NCBI GenBank assembly: GCA_963748815.1
Contig: CAVVKJ010000009.1
Span: 1-64,000, forward strand
Origin: an uncultured Gemmatimonadales bacterium
Lineage (GTDB): Bacteria > Gemmatimonadota > Gemmatimonadetes > Gemmatimonadales > GWC2-71-9
Direction: 5' to 3'
Length of the DNA stretch: 64,000 nucleotides
Part shown: one piece after another, positions 11,007-22,611 of the stretch
Numbering within the stretch: position 1 is the first letter of the stretch
Layout: each line of letters starts with the position of its first letter
Notes under the pieces: model-generated
What the model saw: the letters and a program-made list of their open reading frames with translations, nothing else
Databases searched by the model: none
Told to the model about the DNA's origin: nothing
Program-made: the position numbers and the translations under genes

Positions 11007-11216
11007 TCAACCCACAACTACAGTGTGGGTGCCGACATACTCGCCCTCGAGACGGGGCTCGCCATCCTGAAGCAGCAGCTCGATCACCTCGACCAGATTC
11101 CTGTGCAGTTCGTCCAGAGACTCGGCCTGGGTGTGCGCGCCCGGCCATCCCGGGATATACCCGACGAACAGGCGTGTCTCGGGATCACGCTCAACTACGG
11201 CGGTGTACGAGCGCAT
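11007..11216 (-). CDS. HicB-family short antitoxin-like protein (no adjacent hicA)
   Basis: MRSYTAVVERDPETRLFVGYIPGWPGAHTQAESLDELHRNLVEVIELLL, a HicB partial RNase H-fold signature. Confidence 0.82.
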   Translation of the reverse strand: MRSYTAVVERDPETRLFVGYIPGWPGAHTQAESLDELHRNLVEVIELLLQDGEPRLEGEYVGTHTVVVG

Positions 11217-11343
11217 GGCTATCCTCAAGTGTGGTGGCCCCTTAGAGGATAGTGGGATGGGAACCGGAGTGATAGCGACATTGCACCGCAAGGTATGCGC
11301 TCCGGGGCACACCACCGTTACCATTTGAGCGCCAGACCACCCC

Positions 11344-12399
11344 CTACATCACCAGCGGCGCCTTCGACACCTCCGCCCGCCCCACCGTCCCCTGGTCCGT
11401 GCCGAACCAGAGCAGCCCCGTCTTCGAGTCGAAATACATGTGCCGGATCGTGTTGTTCTCGGCCCGCCCCACCGCCGTGTTCGAAAAGAACTTCTTCGTC
11501 TCCGGATCAAACCCGACGAGGCGAGCGCCCGCCGTGCCGTTCTCGGTGACCCAGATCCGGTCCTTGTCGTCCAACCCCATCCCATACGGAAGCGACGCCG
11601 CCCCACCCGGCATCGGGAACTCCTGGACCTGCCCCGTCTTCGGGTCGAGACGGCCAAGGTACCCTCGGCTGTAGTCCCCATACCAGACGACGTCATCGCT
11701 GGTCAGCACGATGCGACGCGGCCGAGTCCGTTCGTCAGGAAGCGTGTACAGCTTGATTTCCATCGTCGCCGGGTCGATGGTGCCGATCTGGTTGGTGCCG
11801 AAGAGGTCGAACCACGGCCTCCCCTTCGAATCGAGCTTGATCCCGTACGGCCGGGTCCGGTCGCCCGTCCGCGCAAGCCGGATCACGCCGGTCTTCGTGT
11901 TGAGGTGCCCGACGGCGTTCGACTGCTGCGCCGTGAACCAGATGTTCCCCTGGGCGTCGAAAATCAGCGTGTGCGGGTCGCGCACCGACGGGTCCGGCAT
12001 CGGATAGCGGGTGATCTTGCGCGTGGCCGGGTCGAGCCTGCCGATCATCCCGTTCCGGTTCCCGGCATACCACACCTGGCCCTGGGCATCGACGATCAGG
12101 TTGTGGGGGTGCGTCCCGGAGTCGATCTCGAAGCGCGTGAACTGCCCCGTCTTCGGGTCGAGCCGCGCGATGTAGTTCCCCGCCTGGCCGGCGAAGAAGA
12201 CACTGCCGTCCGGGGCGACATACGGGTCGCGGGGCCGACCCTCGGCCCCCCACGGCACCTCCCACTCCTTCGCGGGCACCGGGGCGCCCGCCTGGGCGGC
12301 GAGGTCGGCCATATCGATCGACCCGACGACGGTAAACGCCGCCGTCAGGGCCAGCTTGCGTAAGGAACTGGCATCGGCGGTTCGGAAAATTCGAGACAT
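11344..12399 (-). CDS. Secreted Vgb (virginiamycin B lyase)-like beta-propeller protein
   Basis: Repeated P..L..D..G.VW....N..IGRLDP.TG blades; signal-like N-terminus. Start chosen at MSRIFR. Confidence 0.8.
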   Translation of the reverse strand: MSRIFRTADASSLRKLALTAAFTVVGSIDMADLAAQAGAPVPAKEWEVPWGAEGRPRDPYVAPDGSVFFAGQAGNYIARLDPKTGQFTRFEIDSGTHPHNLIVDAQGQVWYAGNRNGMIGRLDPATRKITRYPMPDPSVRDPHTLIFDAQGNIWFTAQQSNAVGHLNTKTGVIRLARTGDRTRPYGIKLDSKGRPWFDLFGTNQIGTIDPATMEIKLYTLPDERTRPRRIVLTSDDVVWYGDYSRGYLGRLDPKTGQVQEFPMPGGAASLPYGMGLDDKDRIWVTENGTAGARLVGFDPETKKFFSNTAVGRAENNTIRHMYFDSKTGLLWFGTDQGTVGRAEVSKAPLVM

Positions 12400-12436
12400 A
12401 CGGCACTCCAGGTCAGTCAGGCTGTCAATTCTCGGC

Positions 12437-14980
12437 TCACTGCACAAGGAACCTATAACTCCCCGTGCCGAAGTCCGCCTCGGCGCTCTGCACCCGGATC
12501 AGGTAGTTCCGCGTGGCCGGCAGTACCACCGTCGGCGAGGTGGCGGGGCTCTGGAATCGTGTGTTCGCCGATGTCAGGACCGCACCGGTCGTGGGATCGA
12601 CCAATTCAATCAGCGCCCGAAGGCTCTGCCAGCTCGAGATGTTGTCCACCATCAGGCTGACCTCCTGCCCGGCCGTGCCTGCAAAGCTGTACTCATCGAT
12701 ATCCCCGTAGTAGTCGATGCTTTCCGCCGACACTTCGACGCCAACCGTGACCACCGGCGGCACCGTCTCGGTCTCCCGCCCCACCTCGTGGGCCACCAGG
12801 CTGTAGGGACCCGTCACGAAAAACGCAGCATTGATCGGCGAGCCATGTCGCGTCTCGGCCACCCGGATTCGCAATTGCCCCCCCGGCGGCATCACGAGAC
12901 GCCCGGAGGTTCCGGCATTGCCGATGGCAAATCGTGCCGTATCCCCTGGCACGTACGCCTCAAGCCGCACAATGTTCCGCGGGTAGATCCACACCACGAC
13001 CTCAGTCCCCGGGGCCGCTTGCAGGAGGTAGTCGTCGATATCCCCCAGCGCATCGAGTGACTCCCCCGAACTCGAGTCGTCCAGCGCGAGCATCGGCGAG
13101 ACGACCTCCGGCTGTTTGGAGACCGTGCTCAACAACAGCGAGTACGGACCCGTCTCCGCGAGGACATGCCCGAGGTTGTTGCCGCGCACCACCACGGAAT
13201 AGGTACCACTGCTGTGCGTGAGGAAGCGCCCTGAGCGCTTGCCGCCGCCGCTCGCCGCGTCGATGGCATTGCCCTCGTCGTCATAGACCAGCGCGGTGAA
13301 GGAATTCCCCGACGTGGACCCGCCGCCCGTGAGCATCAGGTCCAGCGCCATGTCCCAGTCCGCCGCAAAGGTGAAGCGGTCAAAATCCCCCGGCGGGTCG
13401 AGGATTCCGTCGACACTCACCCCAGGCGCGATCTCCGACGGCGACCCCTCCGGCACCGACGGTCACGTGGTAGGTGACGAGGCGGTAGGGCCCGACAAAG
13501 CCGGTGGTGCCCCTGTACTGGCTCAGCACCCGGAGCGGGACACCATCCGGGTTCCCGAAGAACACGCCGCTGGGGCACGAGACTACTTCTGGCGGGCTCA
13601 GGGGGTAACACTCTAGCCCAGGCCAGCTACTCGCCTGCATCCACAGGAGATCGAGGCCGTCGGGGCTCGCCCCATCCCGACGGAGGACCAGATTGAGCGT
13701 GTCATTGGACCCGGTGAGCAGATACCGATCGATGTCGCCCGGCATCTCGATGGTTTCCCCCACCACCGAGTCGCCTGGGGTGAGGATGGCCGGCGACAGT
13801 TCGGGGAGGGTGTCTACCGGATAGACGAAGAGCCGGTATCCCCCCCGGTCCAACCCGCTGCGATCCGACCCCCAGCCACTTCGAGTTCCAACAAGCCCGA
13901 GGACAACGCCGTAAAATTTCCGCCGAATTGGCCACGCAGCACGGAGTCGCCGACCGCGCTGGAGACGGTCCCCAGCACACCGACGTATGAGTAGAGCACC
14001 CGGAAGGCGGCTGCCCCAGTCCCGGGGCGGGCCTGGAGGAACACGTTGTACAGCCGTCCCTGCACCACCGGCACATGGAACCGATCGACGTCACCCACGA
14101 AATCGATGCGCTCGGCCTCCACCGTATCGCCGGCCTGCAGCAGCGCCGGCACCGAGTCAGGAGCCGGGGTCACTCGGCGGACCTGGAAGCGGTACGGCCC
14201 ATGAACGGGGACCGCGCCTGCGCCGCGGATCGACTGTCCTTCGATCGTCACCCGGTAGTCCACCGAGCCGGGCCGCTCGAATCGCCCGGTCGCCTGCCCC
14301 TCAAGATCCGTGTCCATCCCCCCGCTGGAGGTTTCGTAGCCGAGCGGAGTGTCGAGGAGTGTCGACGCCCGCATGTGCAGCATGTCAGCCGGAATGCCGG
14401 CCTCCGCCTGCAGGAATCCGATGTTGATGTCCTGCGCCGCGCCGCCAGTGATGGTGAACTCATCGACATCGGCGGAGTTCTCCAGCGTTTCCCCGGTGAC
14501 GATGGGGCCCGGCGCCATCGACGAGGCCACCAGCTCGGGCCGAGGATCGACCGGGTAGAGCCACACCACCACCTGCCCGGTCGTGATGCCGGCGAGGAGG
14601 CGGATCTCGAAATGCAGGACCTGGCCGGGGGTGACGGCGATCCGCTCGGTACGACTGGCGGTGAGATTGGCGGGGAGCGGGCTGTTGGCGAGCGGCAGGT
14701 TGTCCCAGACCACACCCGTGATGGAATCGCGGGCGATGACCGACGCGGCGCCGGTCCGGGCCTGGGCAAACAATGCGACCAGCCCGGTCGCATCGGATCG
14801 GAAGCTGAAGGTGACGAGTGTATCGCCGGCGCTGAACTGGGCGACCAGCGTGTCACCCTTCCGAATTGGAATGAGGTCGCCAACGGGGGGAGGAACCACA
14901 GGACCGGAGGGATCCTGCGCACAGGCGAGCAGCGCGCTAAGGGCGACAACCAAACCGCGGATACCGACGGTGTTGCGCAT
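12437..14980 (-). CDS. Large lipoprotein with tandem PPC-like beta-sandwich repeats (two frameshifts, ~13860 and ~13460)
   Basis: Lipobox LLAC; ORFs 13814..14980, 13380..13853 and 12437..13456 share a repeated E.(I/L)...GD.D.(F/Y) motif at least six times. Confidence 0.65.
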
Positions 14981-15088
14981 AGGGGCTCGGAGCGTGGAGG
15001 GGGGTGAGCCGAATCTACGGGCCGGTCACGGGGTTGGCAATCTGAGGATCAGCCCCAGCAGACCCAGCCCACAGGCTGGCAAGAGCTG

Positions 15089-15685
15089 CTACGGGGGCCC
15101 CTCGCTCAGATTCGAGTCATAGGCGTAGCCGACCGGCTCCCCGCCGATCACCACCCGATACCATCCGCCGACCAGTGAATCGACCAGGATGGCCTCCCCC
15201 GGGTTGAGCACCCGGACAGGGGCAGCGTCTGGGCCTCGGCGGGCCCGAACGTTGACCCAGGTCGTGGCATAGCGTTGGAGTTGTTCGCCGGTGGGTGCCG
15301 GCGGTGGGGGCGGAGGCGCAGCCCGGAGTGGAGCGGCGGCTGGCGGGGGAGTCCTGTCGACCGCGGAGTCCGGTGCCGGGACGAGCGGCTGAACAGGGCT
15401 GGACGGGGTGACGACGGGCGCGGCAGGCGCGGGCTGGCTCTCGGCGGGATCCAGGGCAGCCACAGCCGGACGCGGTGGAGCCGCTCGCGGAGCTGTCTGG
15501 CTTCGGGCCAGTACAATCACAACCACCAGCACCACCAGCGCCCCAGCCATGAGCAGGCGCCGCGGGAGCGGGTTGATCTCCGCCGGGGGGATGATGCCCG
15601 GGCCGAAGATCAGGCCACAGTGCGGGCACCGGCTCGCGACACGCAGGGCCGTCTTGCCGCAGGAGGGACACTCGACATAGGGCAT
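15089..15685 (-). CDS. Zinc-ribbon / TM / Pro-rich linker / bacterial SH3 protein
   Basis: CPSCG...CPHCG, hydrophobic segment, C-terminal VNVRARRG...VLNPGE...GWYRV...GYAY. Confidence 0.75.
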   Translation of the reverse strand: MPYVECPSCGKTALRVASRCPHCGLIFGPGIIPPAEINPLPRRLLMAGALVVLVVVIVLARSQTAPRAAPPRPAVAALDPAESQPAPAAPVVTPSSPVQPLVPAPDSAVDRTPPPAAAPLRAAPPPPPPAPTGEQLQRYATTWVNVRARRGPDAAPVRVLNPGEAILVDSLVGGWYRVVIGGEPVGYAYDSNLSEGPP

Positions 15686-15785
15686 GGTGATCGGAATATC
15701 GATGGGGGGCGGGGCCGGGGCAAGAAAAGGACGGGCGGGCGGGAGACACAATTCCTCGAACCTGCTCCCGGTTCACGCCCTCCGG

Positions 15786-16779
15786 TCAGAGCAACAGCAC
15801 CGCCGCCGTCCCCGCCAGCACCAGCAGCCCTCCCACCAGCGCCGGCACCCTCCACCGCTTCCACCCCACCGTCGGCACCGTGGAGTACTCCCCGCTGAGG
15901 ACCGCCGGATCGTCCAGCATCCGGATCAGGTCGGCGGCAAACTTGGGCCGGTCGCGCGGCTCCTTCTTGAGCAGCTGGTCGATGACCGCCGAGAACGCCT
16001 GCGGCACATCGTACCGCCGGGTCGCCACCGAGGGCGGCGTCCGCGTCACATGCGACGCCATGACCTGCTGTGGCGAGAGGCCCGCGAACGGCGCGGTGCC
16101 GGTCAGCATTTCCCAGGCGACCACGCCGAGGGCGTACAGGTCGGCCCGATGATCGGTGTGGGGGTCGCCTGCCGCCTGTTCGGGCGCCATGTACGCCGGC
16201 GTGCCGACCGCCAGGCCGGTGGCGGTGACCCCCGCCTGCGAGATGCTGCTGCCCGCGCCCCGCCGCCGCGCCTGCGACAGGTCGATGGCCTTGGCCACGC
16301 CGAAATCGGTGACCACCGCGGTGCCGGCGGTGAGCATGATGTTGTCGGGCTTGATGTCCCGGTGGACGACGTCGTTGGTGTGGGCGTAGGAGAGGGCGCG
16401 CGCCACATCCTTCAGGACGTTGACGGCCTCGCGGACGGAGAGCGGTCCCCGGGCCAGCCGGCTGCGCAACGATTCCCCGTCGATGAACGGCATCACGAAG
16501 AACGGCAGGCCGTCCACCTCGCCCGCGCTCAGTACCGGCACGATGTGCGGGTGCTGGAGCGCGGCGGACATCAGGATTTCCCGCTTGAAGCGCTCCACCG
16601 ACACCGCCGCGGCCAGGTCGGGCGGGAGCACCTTGATGACCACCGCGCGCTGCAGGGCGTTGTCGCGCGCCTTGTAGACGGTGGACATCCCCCCGCCCGT
16701 GAGCTCCCCCTCGAGGGTGAAGGCGGCGCCGAGCACCCCTTGCAGGGCGTCGCGCTGGGAGGTCGGGAGTCGGGTCCAC
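15786..16779 (-). CDS. Hanks-type Ser/Thr protein kinase with C-terminal TM helix
   Basis: GGGMSTVY, VVIKVL, HRDIKPDN, DFG, GTPAYMAPE, DLYALG in ORF 15786..16736; start uncertain (GTG 16779 needs a 1-nt indel). Confidence 0.9.
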
Positions 16780-16791
16780 GAATCGGCCTCG

Positions 16792-19288
16792 TTACTCGTA
16801 CCGCAGGGCGCGGACGGGGTCGAGCCGCGAGGCGCGATACGCCGGGATCAGCCCCGCCGTCAGGGCCACCAGCCCGAGCGCGAGCGACGCCGCCACGAAC
16901 ACCACCGGGTCGCTCCCCTGCATCTGGAAGAGCAGCGACTGCGCCACCTTGCCGATGCCGAAGGCGGCCAGCAACCCGACGACGCCGCCGATCAGCGTCA
17001 TCTTCCCGACCTGGAGGAGGACCATCCCCCGCACCCGCGCGGGGTCGGCGCCGAGCGCCATGCGGACGCCGAACTCCCGGGTCCGCTGCGCCACCGTGTA
17101 GGCGAGCACCCCATAGAGGCCGATGGCGGCCAGGAGGGTGGCCAGCAGCGCGAACGCCGCCGAGAAGAGCGTCACGAACCGGTCGAGGAAGACATTGTCC
17201 CGGATCTGCTCCGGCATGGTACGCAGGTCTTCCACCGGCAGGTTTTCGTCGAGCCCCTTGACCACCCGCGAAATGACGGGGAGCAATGCGCCCGGCGCCG
17301 CGGCGCTCTTCACGTAGAACGAGAGGGCGCCGACATTCTCGCCCTGCATGTAGGGCGTGAAGAAGAGGGGCGGAATGTCGGTCTTGACGTTGCTGTACTT
17401 GGCGTCCTGCACCAGCCCCACGATCTCCATGTCGAGGCTGTCGTTGCCCCGGTCCATCCGTCGGCCCACCGGATTGGCCCCGAGGTTGAACTTCTTCGCG
17501 AAGGCCTGGTTCACCACCGCCACCCGTGGCGCGCCCAGCGCGTCGGAACGCGTGAACTCGCGACCCGCGAGCACCGGGATGCCGACCGTCGCGAAGTACC
17601 CGGGCCCGACCGAGTTGAACCGCGAGTTGTTGTCCACGTCCGGTCCCTTGGGGAAGCCCTCCACCCCGACATCGTTGCCCCAGTTGCTCCCGCCGATGAG
17701 CGGCACCATGGCCGCCGACACGCCGACCACCCCCGGCGTCTGCGCCAGTTCATCCTCGAGCCGCTGGAACAGTTGCCGGGAGCGCTCGGCGGGATAGCCG
17801 TTGAGCTCGGGGGAGATGGCAAAGGTGGCCACGTCGTCCACCCGCACGCCGAGATCGAGCCGGGTCACGTTCATGAGGCTCTTGGTAAAGAGTCCCGCCG
17901 AGGCGAGGAGCGCGAGCGCCAGGCCGATCTGCGCCGTGGCCAGCGCCGTGCGCCAGCGGGCCGCCGCCCGGCCGCCGGAGGGCTGTCCCCCCTGTTCGCG
18001 GATGGTGGCGATCAGGTCGGGGCGGGTGCCATGCAGGGCGGGAAAGAGCCCGAAGAGCACCGAGGTGACCAGCGCCAGCAGCGCCGTGAAGCCGATGACC
18101 GTCCCGTCGAGCTGCGGCGCGAAGGTGGAGCTCGCCTGCTGCGGCATGATGGCAGTCATCCCGCGGAGGGTCAGCACCGCGACCCCGAGCCCCGCGAGGC
18201 CCCCGAGGAGGCCGAGGAGGACCGATTCGGTGAGCAGCTGGGACACCAGCTGCCACCGCGTGCCGCCGATGGCCAGGCGCACCGCCATCTCACCCGAACG
18301 GGCCGCCCCGCGGGCCAGCAGGAGGTTGGAGATGTTGGCGCAGGCAATGAGCAACACCAGCAGGGTGATCCCGAAGAGCATGCTCAGCGGCGTGGAGGCC
18401 TCGGTGCGCGTCGAACTCTGCCCGAGCGCCCCCGGCACCAGCACGATCTGCTTGGACCGGAATTCCTGCATCGTCTTGTCGCTCATCCCCTCCTGGAGGG
18501 CGACTTCGGTGTTCTCGAGGATCGCGGTGTACTGGGGATTGATCGTCGCCGACGCCTGCTCGATCGACACCCCCGGCTTGAGGCGGCCGAAGAGGTAGGC
18601 CCAGTAGGCCCGGCGTCGCTCCATCACGCCCTCCCAGCCGGGAATCATCGCCGTCCGCATGGTGATCGGGACGAACACCCGCGGGGTCAGGCCCAGGGAG
18701 GTGCTCTGGAAGCCGCGGGGGGCCACCCCGATGATCTCGAGCGACTCGCCGTTGACGATGAGGGTCTTGGAGAGGATGCTCAGGGTCGCCGCCGAGCGGG
18801 CCGCGCCAGTAGTCGTAGGCCAGCACCGCCACTCGGCCGTCGCCGACCACCTTGGCGTCGTCGGGGCCGATCAGCCGACCCAGTTCGGGCACCAGCCCAA
18901 GCACCGGGAAGTAGGAGCCCGACACCAGCAGCCCCTCACCGCTCAGCGTCTGGCCCTGCGCCGAGATGTTGGCCCCGAACCCCACGTGGGCCGCGATGTC
19001 GGTGAAGACCTGCTGCTCGCGCTGGAGGTCGAGAAACATCGGGTAGGAGAAGACCTCGTCGCACTCGCCGATGTTGCTGCACGACTGCGACCCCGGATTG
19101 GGACCGGGGGCCTTGAAATTCACCAGCCGCGACGGCTCCACCACCGGGAGGGGCCGGAGCAGGATCTGGTCGACGAGGGAGAAGATGGCGGTATTGGCCC
19201 CGATTCCGAGGGCCAGGGAGGCGATGGCCACGGCCGTCACGAAGGGATTCTTCAGCAGGTGACGGAAGGCCAGCTTGATGTTGCCCAA
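16792..19288 (-). CDS. ABC transporter permease, MacB/FtsX duplicated (ADOP-like); frameshift ~18780
   Basis: SLALGIGANTAIFS, LIACANISNLLLAR, QRTREFGVRMALGA, DPVRALRYE; TTG start with AAGGA RBS. Confidence 0.88.
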
Positions 19289-19317
19289 GTCGGTGTCCTT
19301 GGTGGGGTCAGGTTTAT

Positions 19318-19346
19318 TAGACGAACGAGGCCCCAAAAAGGTTGCA
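19318..19346 (-). promoter_or_regulatory. ECF-sigma-type promoter upstream of permease
   Basis: Minus strand TGCAAC-N17-CGTCTA, matching the AAC/CGT ECF consensus; same spacing at two other sites. Confidence 0.65.
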
Positions 19347-19368
19347 ACTCTGGACGTCTCCCGAAGCC

Positions 19369-22065
19369 CTAGTCCCCCCGGAGCGCCATGACGGGGTCGA
19401 CCCGGACCGCCCGCGCGGTGGGTACGGCGCTCGCCGCCACGCCGAGCGCCGCCACGAGCGCCACCACCCCGGCCAGCACCGCCGGATCCGTCGGGCTCAC
19501 CTCGAAGAGGAGCGATTCCAGCACCCGGGTGCCCGCGATGGCTCCGGCCAGGCCGATCCCGATGCCGGCGGCAACCAGCCGGAGTGACTGGCCGAGGACC
19601 AGGGCGCCGATCTGGCCTGCGCTCGCCCCCACGGCCATCCGCACACCGATTTCGCGCTCCCGCTGCCCAACCACGAACGCGATGACTCCGTAGAGACCCA
19701 CGGCACTGAGGAGGAGCGCCATCAGGGCCACCGCGACGATCAGCATGAGCGTAAAGGTCCGGCGGGCCATCGAATCCGCCACCACGTCGGTCATCAGCCG
19801 CGCCTGCGAGACGGGAATGGACGCGTCAATCTCCGCCATGGCGTCCCGGACCATCGCCTGGATCGTCGCAGCCGGGAGGGTCGGCGCCTTGATGACCATC
19901 CGGATATCGAGCGGCCAGTTGTTCGTCGGGGCGCTGTCAGGCGGCACGATCGCGAAATAGGCGATCTCGTCTGCGGGCACATCGAGCGAGGTCATGTGGA
20001 CGTCACTCGTGACGCCGACGACCCGATCCCAGTGGTCTCCGCCTCGGCAGCAGCGCATCGACCGCCCAATGGGGTCCTGATCGGGCCAGAGCCGGCGCGC
20101 CAGGGCCGGTGAAATGATCACTCCGCCGACATGCCGCACCGCGTCCGCCCAATCGGGCGCCGAGCCCCGGACGTCGATGCCCATCGTCGCGAAATATCCT
20201 GGCGAGGTGTGCATGGTGGCGACACACCGCTCGCGCCCCGGCGAATCCCCGACCCCTGCGGCCACCACACTGGTACATCCCTGGTCTCCCGAGAGCGGGA
20301 GTGCCTCGGCGAACCCGACCGACTGCACGCCGGGCAGGGCGCCGATCCGGTCGGCGAGTTGCTGGTAGACGGCGGCGGCCGCATCGTAGCCCCGGTAGGC
20401 CGCCGGGGAGAGGGCGACATCGAGCGTGACCACGCCACGCGGCTCGAACCCGGCGTCCACCGCCCGAAGTCGAAGCCCGCTGCGAATGAGGAGCCCCGCG
20501 CCCACCAGCAGGATGACCGTCAGCGCCACCTGGCCGACCACCAGCAGCTGACGAAACGCCATCCGGGTGCGCGAGGCCGTGAGGGTGCGCGCCCCCTCCC
20601 GGAGCGCATTGCTGTCCGGCCGGGCGTGGGTCAGCGGAATCAGCCCCAGCCCCACGCCGGTCAGCACCGCGACCCCGACGATCAGTCCGACTGCGCCGAG
20701 GCCGAACTGCACTTCCGCCAATCGGGGGAGTGTATCGGCGGCCAGTGCGGGCAAGACGCCGAGCACGACTGACGCCAGCCCGCCCGCGAGGAGTGCCGCG
20801 AGGAGGGTGACCACCAAGCCCTCCGTGACGAAATGCAGCACCATGATCCGGCGCGAGGCGCCGAGGGCGGTCCGCATCACGATTTCCCGCCGCTGTCCCT
20901 CCGCGCGGACCATCACGAGGTTGGCCACGTTCGCGATCGCAATGCCGAGCACCAGCCAGACGGCGGCGAAGAGGATCCAGAGGAACTGCGCGACGGTCGC
21001 CCCGACCACCTCGTCCCGCAGCGGCGTCACCGAGGTCCGGAAACCGGACTCTCGAATCCAGTGGTTGGGATAGGCCGAGGGGAAGATCTCGTCCATGCGC
21101 GTCACCAGCGGGACCAACTGCGACTCGGCGTCGCTCGCCGTGAACCCGGGGCGCAGCCGCGCCACCGCGCTTCGCACATGGTTGTTCTGCGGCGCCGCGG
21201 CCGGATCGATGTAGTCCGGCATCCAGATGTCCACGCGCAGGTCGGGCAGCGACACGCCCGCCGGAGTGATCCCCACGACTTCACGCGGGGTGCCGTCCAC
21301 GGTCAGCAGCTGCCCGACGATCTGTGGATCGCCACCGAAGCGGCGCATCCAGTAGTCGTGACCCAGCACCACCACCGTGCCCCGGCGCGGTACATTGTCC
21401 TCGGCGCGGAGGAGTCGCCCGAGTTCCGGCGTGATCCGGAGCGTCGAGAAGATGCTCGCGCTGACGATCGCGGCGCGGATCCGCTCGGCGCGGAACGGGC
21501 CTTCGCCGGCAATCGTGAGCTCGGCGAGCTGGTAGAGCGCCATGTCCTCGAAGGCACGGACGTTTTCCTTGTAGTAGGGAAGCTGGTGGCGCGCGATGCC
21601 CCAGACGTCGTCGAGCTTGGGCATCGGGGACGCCAGCGAGACCAGCCGCCCCGCCTCCGGGTACGGCAGTGGCCGGAGGAGAACGGCCTGCAAGAGCGTG
21701 AACGCCACGGCGACGGCGGCGATGCCGAGACCGAGGGTGAAGACAGCGGGGACGGTGAACGAGGGCTGCCGCCGCAGGCGGCGGAGCGCGAGTCGCAGTT
21801 CGTCGCGTACCACGAGCAGTCGCTCCATCGCGGTGCGACGCCTGAGCACCCGGTGATCGATGCGTTCGAGTTGCGTGCGCGTCCCGGCCACATCGCCGAA
21901 CTCGGCGAGGGCCTGGGCGTTGGCTGCCTCGCGGGAGACGCCGCCGGCCAGCAATTCTTCGATCCGCTCCTCGAAGTGGAAGCGGAGTTCCTCGTCGACG
22001 TCGGAGGCGATGTCGGGGCCACTGAATCGGAGGTAGCGGCGCCAGGCCGGTGTCGGGCGGCCCAT
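19369..22065 (-). CDS. ADOP-like ABC permease with N-terminal helical prefix domain
   Basis: Prefix DVDEELRFHFEERIEELLAGGVSREAANAQALAEFGD followed by duplicated MacB/FtsX motifs. Confidence 0.9.
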   Translation of the reverse strand: MGRPTPAWRRYLRFSGPDIASDVDEELRFHFEERIEELLAGGVSREAANAQALAEFGDVAGTRTQLERIDHRVLRRRTAMERLLVVRDELRLALRRLRRQPSFTVPAVFTLGLGIAAVAVAFTLLQAVLLRPLPYPEAGRLVSLASPMPKLDDVWGIARHQLPYYKENVRAFEDMALYQLAELTIAGEGPFRAERIRAAIVSASIFSTLRITPELGRLLRAEDNVPRRGTVVVLGHDYWMRRFGGDPQIVGQLLTVDGTPREVVGITPAGVSLPDLRVDIWMPDYIDPAAAPQNNHVRSAVARLRPGFTASDAESQLVPLVTRMDEIFPSAYPNHWIRESGFRTSVTPLRDEVVGATVAQFLWILFAAVWLVLGIAIANVANLVMVRAEGQRREIVMRTALGASRRIMVLHFVTEGLVVTLLAALLAGGLASVVLGVLPALAADTLPRLAEVQFGLGAVGLIVGVAVLTGVGLGLIPLTHARPDSNALREGARTLTASRTRMAFRQLLVVGQVALTVILLVGAGLLIRSGLRLRAVDAGFEPRGVVTLDVALSPAAYRGYDAAAAVYQQLADRIGALPGVQSVGFAEALPLSGDQGCTSVVAAGVGDSPGRERCVATMHTSPGYFATMGIDVRGSAPDWADAVRHVGGVIISPALARRLWPDQDPIGRSMRCCRGGDHWDRVVGVTSDVHMTSLDVPADEIAYFAIVPPDSAPTNNWPLDIRMVIKAPTLPAATIQAMVRDAMAEIDASIPVSQARLMTDVVADSMARRTFTLMLIVAVALMALLLSAVGLYGVIAFVVGQREREIGVRMAVGASAGQIGALVLGQSLRLVAAGIGIGLAGAIAGTRVLESLLFEVSPTDPAVLAGVVALVAALGVAASAVPTARAVRVDPVMALRGD

Positions 22066-22068
22066 CGA

Positions 22069-22407
22069 TCAGGCCGGTGCCGGGGCGGCCATCACGTGCG
22101 CCACCGCGTTCACGTAGCGCGCCCACCGGGTGGTGCGGAGCTGCAGCTCGGCGCGGCCGGCCGGTGTCAGCTCATAGAACCGGGCCCGCTTCCCCCGCTC
22201 CGAGGTACCCCACTCCGCCGCCGCCCACCCCTTCTCCTCCATCCGGTGCAGCGAGGTGTAGAGGGCGCCGTCCAGGATGCGGAAGGTGCCGTCAGAGTTG
22301 CCCTGGATCCACTGGGCTATCGCGTAACCGTGTCTGGGACCGTGACTTAGCGCCCGGAGGACGAGGACATCGAGGGTGCCTTGCAGGAGGTCGAGTTCGT
22401 CGGGCAT
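22069..22407 (-). CDS. padR: PadR-family transcriptional regulator
   Basis: LLQGTLDVLVLRAL...HGYAIA...GALYTSLHRME..GW...RARFYELT. Confidence 0.93.
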   Translation of the reverse strand: MPDELDLLQGTLDVLVLRALSHGPRHGYAIAQWIQGNSDGTFRILDGALYTSLHRMEEKGWAAAEWGTSERGKRARFYELTPAGRAELQLRTTRWARYVNAVAHVMAAPAPA

Positions 22408-22410
22408 TTC

Positions 22411-22472
22411 ATACCTCAACAGGTTATACCATCAGTGTTGAGGTATACGGGAATGCCCTGACTCTGGTTTCA
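22411..22472 (-). promoter_or_regulatory. ECF-type promoter plus palindromic putative PadR operator
   Basis: Minus strand TGAAAC-N17-CGTA (22446-22472); TATACC-N11-GGTATA at 22425-22447; perfect 11-bp inverted repeat ATACCTCAACA (22411-22421) / TGTTGAGGTAT (22436-22446). Confidence 0.65.
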
Positions 22473-22611
22473 GAGACCGGGGTTGGGGGCCTGCGGAACA
22501 TGCGGAGAATGCTGAGGTACCCTTCTAAGCTCCACCCTTCCTTGCCGCGACTTCGAGGTCGGCCTACTTTCGACCACCAGCGACTTATCCCTCCCCCTGG
22601 AGCAATCATTG

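Noticed and set aside
11344..12399. Streptogramin B resistance gene
   Set aside because: Only fold-level Vgb similarity; signal-like N-terminus and non-mobile context.
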